64,000 nt of DNA, taken from IMG/VR virus record IMGVR_UViG_3300042286_000208, positions 70,287-134,286 of that record. One strand, 5' to 3'. Below, in pieces: positions 40,403 through 51,187 of this stretch. The notes beneath the pieces are model-generated. The model worked only from the letters and a program-made list of their open reading frames with translations. It did no database searches and was not told the origin of the DNA. Positions within the stretch are counted from its first letter, which is position 1; each line of letters begins with the position of its first letter. The translations under genes and the position numbers were made by a program. Source of the DNA: a virus. Lineage: Duplodnaviria > Heunggongvirae > Uroviricota > Caudoviricetes.

Positions 40403-42424
40403 ATGAAAGGAACTTTGATCAAAGTATACAATCACGACGATGAAACAGCTGTAATAGTATATCGTGATGAGAATTTACAGAAAAAGAAGATTGTTAAAAC
40501 AAATATGTTGGTCGATTATTTTCTTTTAAAAGAAGGTAACAGTCCAGATATATTTGTAGAACAAAAAAACACAGTTAGATTCGAAACACAATACAATAAC
40601 TTAGTGAATGATATAGTTGACAATCTAGACGTGGTTGATCCAGTGTTTAAGCAAAAAGCAGACGCCTATCTTAAACTCATTGATATAAATTATCAAGGAG
40701 ATGAGAGACTCAAGAAAAATATATTTAGGTTACCGGGGATATATGGTGCAGATGAACCTTTAGAAAACAGAGCTATTGAATGGTTCTATAATAACTTTGA
40801 AGAGGATATGAATTATAAACCGCACGAATATACAGCGTATTTCGATATAGAAAGTGATTTGATGTTCGATGGTAAAAAGAAAAGAAATGGTGCAATTGAT
40901 TTGATTAACACACCAGATCCGATAAACATCATATCACTATACTATCAAGACAACATGTATGTTTTTGCCTATAATTATGGGACTAGAAATCCATCATTTA
41001 AAGAATTCATAACAAACTTTCCAGAAATGAAGGATAAAATAATACAAAAAGTATATGAGAGAAATAACTCAACTTATGTAAGAAAAGGTAAGACCATCAA
41101 AGGTAAAGAGATAAAATTAGATGATATCAAGTTATATCTGTTCAGTACAGAAAATGAACTTATCAGAGGATTCTTCAATAAGCTTCATGAACTAGACCCC
41201 GATTTTCTTTTTGCTTGGAATGCTTCTTTCGACGTTAGAACTATATTCGGTAGAGCAGAAAAAACACAAAAAGAGATATTAAAGTTAGAGGGAGAAGAAC
41301 ACGGAAAGTATGATGTGCAGAAGTATACAAAATCCTATATATCAGATAGCAAATATTGTACTGACGAAGAAGGAAACTCCTTCCTACCAAACTATTATTA
41401 TTATATTAGTTCTGAAGGGGATTATACTGATGCCAAGAACAGAAGAGACTATTGTGAAATATGTGATGGTATAAACTGGCTAGATCAATTAATCATGCAC
41501 TCTATATTGAATAATAGCGAGGCCAACGATTCAGATGCACTTGATGCAGTAGCAAACGAAATGTTTGATATTGGTAAAATTGAATTTGAAATCGGTGAAA
41601 CAATATTCAATTTAGCTTGGTTGAATTACTTAAAGTTCTTTATATATAACATTCAGGACGTTATGTTGCTGAAAAAGATTGAACAAGAACTTCATAATGC
41701 AACAGAAGTATACGAACTATCGGCACTTTATAAGTGTCCGGCAAAAGATGCCTTCGCACAAACTAAATCAACAAAATCATTTATGTCTTATGAAGCTAAA
41801 AAAATTGGATACGTTTTAAGAAACAACGTAAATGCTTTATACAGCTCTTACAGAGATAGAACTAATGCAGCTAGAAAAGAATTTGACAATTCTTTCGGTA
41901 TGGATGTAAGAAGACAACTTCTAGAAGAAATAACTGGTTCCGATGAAAAACTTTTCAGAGTCATGTTAGATAAAGATAACTTTGGTGGTATTGTTGCCGA
42001 TAGCACTTTAAATACAAATAAAAATGGCATAGAGCTCTATGAGGGCATAAGAAGCAATAAGATATTCGGATCTTCATTCGACAAGGACTATTCATCTCTA
42101 TATCCTTCTACAAAGCATGCATTATCCATTGATGATGATGGTGCTGTGGCTAGATACGTTATATATGATGAAGAAATTCTGAAAAAACAAAGACAACGAG
42201 GTTATGAAAAAGCGTATACTTGGAAATCTAGCTCTAGCTTCAAAAAAGCTGATATTCAACCACACTGGGAATTAACAGATAGTGGTGATATCGAGGATCA
42301 AAATCTAATGATTAGATTGTGTGACTACTTGGCTTCTAAAACATTTTCTAAAATTGGGGAAGATTTTATGTCCTTACCTAATACAACAGAGTTAATAACA
42401 GAATTAATTAAAGGAGGAAAATAA
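40403..42424 (+). CDS. family B DNA polymerase, N-terminal part (3'-5' exonuclease domain through polymerase motif A)
   Basis: Exo I YFDIESD, Exo II AWNASFDVRTI, Exo III YNIQDVMLL, Pol motif A FDKDYSSLYPS; ends at TAA 42422-42424. Confidence 0.75.
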   Translation: MKGTLIKVYNHDDETAVIVYRDENLQKKKIVKTNMLVDYFLLKEGNSPDIFVEQKNTVRFETQYNNLVNDIVDNLDVVDPVFKQKADAYLKLIDINYQGDERLKKNIFRLPGIYGADEPLENRAIEWFYNNFEEDMNYKPHEYTAYFDIESDLMFDGKKKRNGAIDLINTPDPINIISLYYQDNMYVFAYNYGTRNPSFKEFITNFPEMKDKIIQKVYERNNSTYVRKGKTIKGKEIKLDDIKLYLFSTENELIRGFFNKLHELDPDFLFAWNASFDVRTIFGRAEKTQKEILKLEGEEHGKYDVQKYTKSYISDSKYCTDEEGNSFLPNYYYYISSEGDYTDAKNRRDYCEICDGINWLDQLIMHSILNNSEANDSDALDAVANEMFDIGKIEFEIGETIFNLAWLNYLKFFIYNIQDVMLLKKIEQELHNATEVYELSALYKCPAKDAFAQTKSTKSFMSYEAKKIGYVLRNNVNALYSSYRDRTNAARKEFDNSFGMDVRRQLLEEITGSDEKLFRVMLDKDNFGGIVADSTLNTNKNGIELYEGIRSNKIFGSSFDKDYSSLYPSTKHALSIDDDGAVARYVIYDEEILKKQRQRGYEKAYTWKSSSSFKKADIQPHWELTDSGDIEDQNLMIRLCDYLASKTFSKIGEDFMSLPNTTELITELIKGGK

Positions 42425-44427
42425 TGGAAGTCCAAACTTTTAAAGATAAATGAATGAGCGAACAGTTTGATAAAATAAAAGCTGTTGTTGGAAATGATTT
42501 CAGTGATGATCTGATAAGAGATCTACTTAAAAAACACTGGGATAAAAGAAAAGAACCTGCTCACACCTTTATGTTAACAAAAGACTCAGTATCGACATCC
42601 TCAGTTGAGAGCATGATTGATAGATTTCTAAACAGTAATTACATATTGTCTGCTTATGGTGTTATGTATAAACAACCCACCGAACATGTATCTATTTTTA
42701 ACGACGTTATATGGAAAGTAATTAAAGAGCGTAAAGATATTCGAAAATTTATTGCCAAACAACGTAAGGAAGTTGGCGAAGACTTTATGCTTAACCAATT
42801 TACTAGATATAACTCTAAGCAAAAAAACAGAAAGATTGTAGTTAATGCTGCATATGGTGTTATTGCATCATTTATCTCAGTATTCTTCAATAACGGTCCT
42901 CTAATGGCAAGCTCCCAGTGTTCTATTACCAAAACTGGTCAAACTCTGACCACGATCGCGATAAGCAATATCGAGAATTGGTTAGAAAACAATATAAGTT
43001 TCGATAATGTTAGTGATCTTCTAGACTATGTGGTTTGGTGTAAGAAATATTACTGGGAACATAAAGAAGTAAATGAGAAACACTTAGCCAAACTAAAAGA
43101 TGTAACTACCGAATATTTCATAGACTATTTGACATCAAAGTTAAAAGATCCAAAAAAAGTTGATATAAATTATCTGAAATTAGTTTCTCGAAGACTATCT
43201 GATATTGAGATTAAATCTATTTATTATAGAAATAATATACCAGCTATAATCGATCAAGATTATTGGTTTACTATGACTAAACTTATACTAGAATCTAGTG
43301 TAAAAGACAACATACCGGAAGAATTAGAGAACTATAATAGATATATGGCAGAGCTAGACGATTTTGTATTTCATACAACAGCGGTTGATTTCATTCATCC
43401 ACAGAGATATACAAGACAGTTTACTGAAACTAGAGATGCAGCAATCATTTCCGATACAGATTCCGTTTTCATTAGCGTACATAAATACTTAACTGACATT
43501 AAGAAATATTTTCATACAGATGTTATACCAGAAAGAGATTTAGATCTTAAGATTACTAAAATATTCATTCACATTAGTGATAGATATATTAAGTATGTTC
43601 TGGATGAATATCTTGATTTCATTCACGTTTCCGATGAAAGAAAAGGAGACATCAGCATGAAATCTGAGTTTGACTATAGCAAAATATTAGTAGACGGAAA
43701 GAAAACATATGCTGGTTGGAAGATTGGAGAACTATCTATCCCTCTTGGTGATGAGTCAGAAATTGACGTTAAAGGTCTATCAATCAAGAAGTCTACTGTC
43801 GTTAAGCAATTAAGAGAGAGTTTTAGTGATATACTTGAAAACAACGTATTAAATACAAACAGAATAGATACATTGGAAATATTATATAGGTTCGATAAGA
43901 TTGAAAATGATATCAGAACTAATTTACATGCAGGAAATACAACATATTTACAGCCAGCAAGTGTATCTGGTGATGGAGCATACGCTTTTCCAGAGAGAAT
44001 ACCTGCTTGGCGCGGAGTTCAAATATGGAACAATATACATCCTGAACAAACAATAGACTTACCGGGTCGTGTGATGCAAATTAGAATGAAACCGCTTGAT
44101 GACTATAGTTATCTAAGTGAAGAGTATCCTGAAGTCTATGAAAGAATTCAAGATATCTTGAACAACAGGGTAAATCTATTGGGTTCTAAATATGACGGAA
44201 ATTCTAAAATGAAGAGCAATAAACAAAATGTCCTTGATATTATATGTATACCTTATCAATTAGAAAAAATACCTGAGTGGATCATACCTTTAATAGATGT
44301 AGATCTAATTGTAGACAGGCTTATGAAACCAGGTCAATTTATTTTAAACGCCATTGGTGTAAGCACACCAGATGACTATGTGACCAACGTAGTTGACAGA
44401 AAAATTATAAACCAAATTTTGATTTAA
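42424..44427 (+). CDS. family B DNA polymerase, C-terminal part (motifs B and C)
   Basis: Motif B KIVVNAAYGV (KxxxNSxYG), motif C IISDTDSVFI (YGDTDS); ATG 42424 overlaps the upstream stop, RBS aggagg 8 nt upstream; different frame from part 1. Confidence 0.7.
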
Positions 44428-44433
44428 AGGCAA

Positions 44434-44465
44434 GGGAAGATATAAATCTTCCCCTCGTTTTTTTA
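44434..44465 (+). terminator. rho-independent terminator
   Basis: gggaaga-tataaa-tcttccc followed by T8. Confidence 0.6.
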
Positions 44466-44477
44466 TTAATATTCGCT

Positions 44478-44493
44478 TGAATAATTAATTATA
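44478..44493 (+). promoter_or_regulatory. motif TGAATAATTAATTATA, copy 6
   Basis: Exact 16-mer 48 nt before ATG 44542. Confidence 0.55.
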
Positions 44494-44541
44494 AGCGGGA
44501 AAATACTGCTTTAAATCTAAGATATAGAAGGAGAATTTTAC

Positions 44542-45414
44542 ATGAAATTAATAAAAGTACAAGACGGAGTTGGCATTAAGGAAATACACTGAGATTTAGA
44601 TGGTGATACACCAATCAATAATTTTGAGTTAGTTCCTATTGGAGACTCCCACATAGGTTCGCCTGTTTGCAATATAGAAGAAATCAAAAGAACAGTTAAA
44701 TATGTTCAAGAGGGTGAAGGGCGCTATGCAATCCTGCACGGAGATTTCATTGATAACGGGATTCCTAGCAGTAAAACAGATGTAATCGGTCAAACAATGA
44801 CCATGCAAGAACAGCTGAATCTCGCTGTAGAGTTATTTATGCCTATCAAGGATAAAATCTTATGTATTCTTGATGGTAATCACGAACAAAGAACTAGACG
44901 TGTAGCTGGGGTAGATATTACTTCATTCATGGCACTTAGATTAGGTGTAGAAGAAGTTTATTCAACAGGTACAGGAGCTGTTTTACTTGATCTTAAATTT
45001 GGTAAAGGAAGTAGATCTGGAGTAAAAACGGCATCTCATCACTTTACTGTAGTAGTGGCTCATGGAGCAAGAAGCGGTGTTTCCACTGGTTCAGCAGCAA
45101 CAGGGCTAGAGGGTTTACAAAAAATTATCGTCAATGCCGACCTATATGTAATAGGGCATACGCATAAAATTCTAAACTTTATCAAAGAAGTTTATTTTGT
45201 AAATTCATATGGTTATTTAGAAACAAAAGTTCAGTATTATGTAAATACAACAGCGTTTTTAAGATATGGTGATTACGGTAAGGATAAACTATATCCACCG
45301 ACTACAATTAAACCTCAGGCTATTCAAGTCAGAGCATCAGAAATTAAGAAACTTCGTATCGGTAATACTAGCAGAACAAAACAGCAATTTATTTGCGATA
45401 TCAAAAATATTTAA
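44542..45414 (+). CDS. calcineurin-like metallophosphoesterase (in-frame TGA at 44593)
   Basis: Motifs VPIGDSH, GDFIDNG, GNHE, GHTH; ORF from ATG 44542 joins listed 44797-45414 in frame. Confidence 0.6.
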
Positions 45415-45448
45415 TAAAAATTACAAAAGAAAAGAGACTGATTAAAAA

Positions 45449-45679
45449 ATGGGAAATGAAATTGCAAAAAATTGGGAAACCAAAAAAGAAGAAACACCAG
45501 AACAAAAGTTTTCAAAAATGTACGAAGAGTTTAAACTTGACGTCATAAGAAGTGGTGTATTAAAAGAATATAGAGATCATGAATATTATGTTAAACCTAG
45601 TCAAAAAAGAAGAATGAAAATAGCTGAGTCTAGAATGAAAGCTAAACAGAATCAAAAAAGAAATAAAAAGGGTAAATAA
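45449..45679 (+). CDS. hypothetical basic protein
   Basis: 76-aa lysine-rich ORF. Confidence 0.4.
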   Translation: MGNEIAKNWETKKEETPEQKFSKMYEEFKLDVIRSGVLKEYRDHEYYVKPSQKRRMKIAESRMKAKQNQKRNKKGK

Positions 45680-45682
45680 TAT

Positions 45683-46111
45683 ATGGATTCAGTAAAAGTT
45701 TTGCCAAAGGGATTATCTGTAATTAAAGAAGTAATGAACGAGCTTCATACATTAATAAGAGATTATAATATCAATATAGAAAAAAATACTATTATTAACG
45801 TTACAGAACTAATAAAAGAAGTATACACTGAAGACGTAACTAAGTTTAAGGTTATTACTTCGAGTATAGGTATCTTAATCGCATACACAAACGATAAATC
45901 CTACACAGTGCTTGTATTTTCAGACAATAGTATTGAAAAATTAGCACCTGTTAACATGACTGATACGCTAGGTTTACTAGATGTTGATATGACTAAATTC
46001 GCTTATTTATCAAAATGTACATTTCATTTTAATAAGCTTTATTTACCTAATCAACTAGATATGATCCCATCGTTTGAATATGAATATGAAATCAACGATG
46101 AATTAGAATAA
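45683..46111 (+). CDS. hypothetical protein
   Basis: 142-aa ORF. Confidence 0.45.
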   Translation: MDSVKVLPKGLSVIKEVMNELHTLIRDYNINIEKNTIINVTELIKEVYTEDVTKFKVITSSIGILIAYTNDKSYTVLVFSDNSIEKLAPVNMTDTLGLLDVDMTKFAYLSKCTFHFNKLYLPNQLDMIPSFEYEYEINDELE

Positions 46112-46225
46112 CTTAACAAATTAAAAAGAAGGACTTATATCCTTCTTTCTTAAACAGATTTTGAAATATACGGGTCTGTTTAATAAAGAAGGAAATAAAA
46201 TATAGTTAAAAGGAGATGGTATTCC

Positions 46226-46687
46226 ATGAAATTGGAGACTTTAGAGAGATTCTTAGGTAAAGATCAAGACCTATGAAGTCGTGAAGATTTAGAAAAACTT
46301 ACCGAGAAATATGGTAAAGCTGCCATTTTCTATGATACTGACGGTATAAATAACAGACTTGTTTTGTTATTTAAGTATAGACATATGTCTGAAAATGACA
46401 GAATTATTGTAGATTTTATGTCTGGTAAGAATAGGGAATATGAGTATATTATAGAATATGTAAGTAATTATGTTGATTCAATAGAGTTCGTTTTCTGGCC
46501 GTCAGAGATAGCTCTGCATACAATATACAAGATACTCTGTGAGAGTATTATAAATGATCAAGAATTAAAAGAAGATTCAAATATATATCTTAAGTTGAAA
46601 GAACTGGCTAAAAAGATTTCTTTACTTAGATATGACTGGGTAATAAAGATGCAAAAAAATAAGGAGGTTTCAGATGAAAATAAATAG
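46226..46687 (+). CDS. hypothetical protein (in-frame TGA at 46274)
   Basis: ATG 46226 with RBS aaaggaga joins listed ORF 46364-46687 in frame. Confidence 0.4.
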
Positions 46688-47810
46688 TTTATATTTGGCA
46701 GATGTTCACTTTGGTATTGGGCAGACCCCTCATTTATATGATGAGTTGATTGCAATTATACCAAAGACTATAACAGAAAGAGAAATTAAAATAGTCTTTA
46801 TATCTGGAGACTATTTTGATAAAGAATTGGTTGGTTCACACAAGTATTATGCAACAAAATTCTTTGCTGAATTGGCTGCAATATGTAATGAAAATGGTAT
46901 AGTATTAAGAATGATAAAAGGTACAAAGAGCCATGATCAAAATCAATTAGTGGGTTTCTTTGGGAGTACCAATACCCTTCTACCAGAATTAGATTTTAAA
47001 ATTATTAATACAGTAGAAGAAGAAGAGATTCTTGGTTTAAAAATACTATACATCCCAGAAGAGGAAGTGCAGAATCAAATTGAATACTATGAAGCTTATA
47101 GAAACAAGTCATATAATATGATAATTGGTCATGGGACATGGGATTTCGTTGATAGATCGTCATTCTTACTTGGAAACAACTCGATTGAAAAAGTTGCATC
47201 ACCCGTACATTTAGTAAAAGATTGGATTAACTCTATCAGAAATGGATTTTGTGTTTTTGGTCATATTCATAATGGTCCCAAACATAAAGATAAATTCTTT
47301 TATACAGGCAGCTTCTCTAGATGGAAATATGGGGAAGAAGAACCAAAAGGATTTTTAGTATCAGAAATGGATAATGAAACATTTGAATATAAAGTGGAAT
47401 TCATCGAGAATACTTTGGCTCCAAAATATGACACAGCTTCTTTTGAAAGCGTGATAGGATCAGGTGGACTAAAAGATCAATCTCTATTGGATGTTAGAAG
47501 AAAACTAAAAGAATTAGTCGAAAAGAATTCGGGTAACAAAGTCAGAATTAATGTCACCGACCTGACGTCAGCTGAGATAGTTTTACTACAAAAGGCAGCA
47601 AGCACTTTAGATTATATTGATTTATCCATAGAGTCTAAAAAACTTGAAGAAGTTCTTTTAGAAGAACAAGAAGAAAATAACATACATGATTATGTAATCC
47701 ATCCGGAAAAATATGGATTAACAAGTGAAGATGTTATAATTAGATTTGCAAAAGAAAATAATAACGAAGATATACTAATGTCAGACTTAGTAGAAATAAT
47801 AAATAGTTAG
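46674..47810 (+). CDS. sbcD: SbcD/Mre11-family nuclease (T4 gp47-like)
   Basis: Phosphoesterase motifs LYLADVHFG, ISGDYFD, GTKSHD, IIGHGTWD, FGHIHNG. Confidence 0.75.
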   Translation: MKINSLYLADVHFGIGQTPHLYDELIAIIPKTITEREIKIVFISGDYFDKELVGSHKYYATKFFAELAAICNENGIVLRMIKGTKSHDQNQLVGFFGSTNTLLPELDFKIINTVEEEEILGLKILYIPEEEVQNQIEYYEAYRNKSYNMIIGHGTWDFVDRSSFLLGNNSIEKVASPVHLVKDWINSIRNGFCVFGHIHNGPKHKDKFFYTGSFSRWKYGEEEPKGFLVSEMDNETFEYKVEFIENTLAPKYDTASFESVIGSGGLKDQSLLDVRRKLKELVEKNSGNKVRINVTDLTSAEIVLLQKAASTLDYIDLSIESKKLEEVLLEEQEENNIHDYVIHPEKYGLTSEDVIIRFAKENNNEDILMSDLVEIINS

Positions 47811-47820
47811 GAGATATAAT

Positions 47821-48315
47821 ATGGAAAGAAAAGATTTTAGAATTATAAATTCAGTAGAAGAACTAAATAACGTAAAATATGTTAGAACTAAAGCTCTGAA
47901 AGTTTGTTTTGGTAAGGAAACTTTGATCCTAGAAAAAATGTACTTAGGAACAGAAAGTGATAATTTTGAGTATGTTGTATCAGAACTTGAAGAAGCCCTA
48001 AGAACCTTTAAATCGCTAGATGAAGCGAAATCCTTTGTTATTGATACATTGGTTAAAGATGAAACAGAAAGTGTTCTAGAAGAATCAGAACCAGAGATCA
48101 TCTTGGAAGAACAAGAAGTGCTCGTATATGAAGACGATGATATTGAAGAAGTAGAATTGACCAAAGAGGAAAGAAAAGAAGCTAAAAAAGCATTAAGAAG
48201 ATTTAAAAGAGAGATAAGAAGAGCAAAGATTAAAAGATTTTTCATAATCCTTCTGAACGTGATTGTTGCTTTAGTAATATTAGGAATTATTATAAAACTT
48301 ATAATCAATAGATAA
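47821..48315 (+). CDS. acidic protein with C-terminal transmembrane anchor
   Basis: E/D-rich body, KR-rich segment, then hydrophobic FFIILLNVIVALVILGIIIKLII. Confidence 0.4.
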   Translation: MERKDFRIINSVEELNNVKYVRTKALKVCFGKETLILEKMYLGTESDNFEYVVSELEEALRTFKSLDEAKSFVIDTLVKDETESVLEESEPEIILEEQEVLVYEDDDIEEVELTKEERKEAKKALRRFKREIRRAKIKRFFIILLNVIVALVILGIIIKLIINR

Positions 48316-48348
48316 AAAAATATACTTATAGAAATAGGCGGTGAAAAT

Positions 48349-48858
48349 ATGAAAAAGCAAGAAACACAACAATTAATTGATATGATCAATGAAAATGAAG
48401 AGGGTCATGTTTTTAACGAAGAAGACTGAATAGTTAAAACCGTAGATGATATTTTAGATGACTATATAATTGATACTATCAATATATACGGAAAAAAAGA
48501 AGCAGATTCCTTAAGAGAAGACATTTCTTCTTTAGGTACTGAAATTGTTATCGATGTGGATAATAAATTTACTTCTGCTAGAACATCTAAAATAGAGCTG
48601 TACTCTAAGACTGATAAGCAGTACTTGGACTTTGAAGTTACAAACGTAGTATCGTTTTCATATAAAGACAATCCTATTCAAATCATCAACGATGAAAAAG
48701 AAACAGATGAAGTTTTATTTGATATGGAAGAGGAAATGATCATACTAAAAACAGATTTTGTATACACCTCCGATAGAGGATTGGATACGAAAAAAATATT
48801 AGATATTTATATACCGTATAATTTAATAGAAGTTCTAGAAGAGGAGGCAGATTACTAA
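48349..48858 (+). CDS. hypothetical acidic protein (in-frame TGA at 48427)
   Basis: ATG 48349 joins listed ORF 48556-48858 in frame. Confidence 0.4.
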
Positions 48859-50450
48859 TGAAGTTTGATTTGACAAAATCATTCCTTGATAAAATCAATA
48901 GAGTAGTTATGTCTGAAAATACTCCTTTTGATGTTATTAAAAAAGCCTACGAGTTAACTGAAAGAATTGAGACTCAAGATAAATTTGGTAGAAAATACAA
49001 CATAAGAGAAGATTTGTTGGTTCGATACTCTGCTCTAAAAAGACTAGTTAAATTACAGGTAGAGGATAAAATACTAAGAGGAAGAGAAAAATTCAGTGAG
49101 TTTTTTAATGACCTCAATGAATTCGAAAAACAAATAAAGACCTATGTTGAAAAACAAGAAGTAGTATCAGCATCAGAAAATGATATAAAATATGTTGAGA
49201 AAACAATAAATATTAAATTAAAATATAATATAATCAACACACAGGCAAATAAACTAATCGACTTCCTTCAAGACTTCAAAGATGATAGCACAACTTCTGA
49301 TATCGAAGAACTGGTTGAAGAATATAGCGATTTGATAGCTAGAACAAACAATGACTTCATAAAACTCAGAAACTCATTTGATGATAAAAAGAAATCGTTT
49401 ACGATGGAAGATCCAGAGAAATTAAAAGAACTTCTATCAGATTATCTTAGATCAATTAACAATAAATCTAGATTCATTAAATCAGGTGTTAAATGGTTTA
49501 ACGATACTTTTGGTGGATGGGAAAGAGATAGATTCTATCTTCTTCTAGCCGCTTCTGGTCGTGGTAAATCAGTAGTCTTATTAAATTCAGCTATATGGGC
49601 TGTAAAATACAATACTTATGAGGAAGTTACAAAATCAGGACAGGTTCCGATAGTTTTATATTTAACTTTAGAAAATACTATTACAGAAACACTTGTCCGA
49701 CTTTTAGGTTATACTGGCGGTAAGAAAATCACAGAGGACTTCAAAAAGGGAAGAATCTCCATAGATGAAGTAACAAAAGTAATCAATAGTGAGGTTGTCA
49801 ATTCAAAAGATCCAGCTAATTCTGCTAAACTGGCTATAGAGTATAGAAATAAAGGTACTCAGTCTATGGAGGATATCGACAAAATTATAGATGATATAGA
49901 AGCAGATGGAAAACACAAAGTTGTATTTATTGCAATAGACTATATTGAAAATATTAAGTCTGACTATATAAAGAAAGACGATGTCAGAATGGGCTTGGCT
50001 CAACTTGGTACAGCTTTTTCTAATATGGCTAAAGACAGATCAATTCCAGTAGTTTCTGCAATGCAGTTAAATAGAGATGCAACAGTAAAAATTGAAAATG
50101 GTTCGGACAATATAGAGGAATACTTCAAGAGTATAAAATCTGTAGGTGCATCCAACGTCGCTGAATCATTGAAACTAATACAGTTAGTTGACTTAGCTTT
50201 ATTTATAGACAAAAGAAAATCAGAGATTCCTGGTGACCCAGACTCTCTTACTTTTAGAATAGTGAAAAACCGTGTTGATTTAAATGGACCAAATCCTACT
50301 AGAATGCACACTCATAGCTTTATAAAAGATAACGGCATGAGATTACAAGAAGATATTTATGATGCAGTGAGCAAATCAACACCTATTATGAATCAAGAAC
50401 CAGGAGTTAATAGAGGAACATCAGCACCTGCTCTAAAACCAAGAAAATAA
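48858..50450 (+). CDS. DnaB-family replicative DNA helicase
   Basis: C-terminal RecA-like domain with Walker A AASGRGKSVV and Walker B VFIAIDYI; N-terminal 200 aa unassigned. Confidence 0.65.
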   Translation: MKFDLTKSFLDKINRVVMSENTPFDVIKKAYELTERIETQDKFGRKYNIREDLLVRYSALKRLVKLQVEDKILRGREKFSEFFNDLNEFEKQIKTYVEKQEVVSASENDIKYVEKTINIKLKYNIINTQANKLIDFLQDFKDDSTTSDIEELVEEYSDLIARTNNDFIKLRNSFDDKKKSFTMEDPEKLKELLSDYLRSINNKSRFIKSGVKWFNDTFGGWERDRFYLLLAASGRGKSVVLLNSAIWAVKYNTYEEVTKSGQVPIVLYLTLENTITETLVRLLGYTGGKKITEDFKKGRISIDEVTKVINSEVVNSKDPANSAKLAIEYRNKGTQSMEDIDKIIDDIEADGKHKVVFIAIDYIENIKSDYIKKDDVRMGLAQLGTAFSNMAKDRSIPVVSAMQLNRDATVKIENGSDNIEEYFKSIKSVGASNVAESLKLIQLVDLALFIDKRKSEIPGDPDSLTFRIVKNRVDLNGPNPTRMHTHSFIKDNGMRLQEDIYDAVSKSTPIMNQEPGVNRGTSAPALKPRK

Positions 50451-50462
50451 GGGGGTATAATA

Positions 50463-51095
50463 ATGAAATATGTATTTCAGTATAACACTATTGTAAATAG
50501 AGATTATAACATATACAAAGAAATTATAATAAACCCCTTTATATTTTCTTTTCTAGGAGTATTTGACCCAACGTCAATCAAAGATATAGTCGATTATTCC
50601 AAAAATAAAGACGTTAATATATTAAAAAACATAATACTTGGTAGAAACATAAATACCGCAGTATTTGTTACTATATATAAGATATTGCTTGATTTTAAGT
50701 TTTTCGAAACAGAACCATTCAATATATATTCTAAATATATTGACAAATTGTTATCTTCTAGCAAGGTTGAAGAGGTTATTATTTTAGTAAATGATATAGA
50801 CGATAAAATCGAAGAACAAGAAATAAAAAATCTAAAAGAGAGATTCAATTCACATATCAAACTAAAAATAATCAGGACAAAATATCCTTTTGTCTCAAGT
50901 AACCTAAAAGAAATAGACTGGGACTGCGTGAGTCTAAGGGATGTTGAACAAGCTATAGAGTTAATAAATAGTGATGTTTCAATTAAAAATAAAGACATTA
51001 TATTAGATGAATCCCCTTTCAATAAAATTGATCCTGTGAACTATATAGTTCTACAGGAAAAAGAGGGAAGGGTAGATTATAGATCTATGATTTAA
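50463..51095 (+). CDS. hypothetical protein
   Basis: 210-aa ORF. Confidence 0.45.
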   Translation: MKYVFQYNTIVNRDYNIYKEIIINPFIFSFLGVFDPTSIKDIVDYSKNKDVNILKNIILGRNINTAVFVTIYKILLDFKFFETEPFNIYSKYIDKLLSSSKVEEVIILVNDIDDKIEEQEIKNLKERFNSHIKLKIIRTKYPFVSSNLKEIDWDCVSLRDVEQAIELINSDVSIKNKDIILDESPFNKIDPVNYIVLQEKEGRVDYRSMI

Positions 51096-51104
51096 GAGAA
51101 GGCT

Positions 51105-51129
51105 TGTTGCCTTCTTTTTTTGATATTTT
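51105..51129 (+). terminator. rho-independent terminator
   Basis: agaaggc-ttgtt-gccttct followed by T7. Confidence 0.6.
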
Positions 51130-51141
51130 ATTTTTATATAT

Positions 51142-51154
51142 TATAATATTAGTA
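51142..51154 (+). promoter_or_regulatory. class-2 motif TTATATATTATAA upstream of band-7 gene
   Basis: Copy of recurrent AT-rich 13-mer, 34 nt before ATG 51188. Confidence 0.4.
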
Positions 51155-51187
51155 ACAAAAAGAAAATATTATAGAAGGAGAAAAATT

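Noticed and set aside
47787-48389. 200-aa minus-strand ORF 47787-48389 antisense to 47821-48315
   Set aside because: It is a serine-rich, low-complexity translation of the antisense strand of an acidic, lysine-rich gene, with no RBS. The plus-strand gene fits the local operon.
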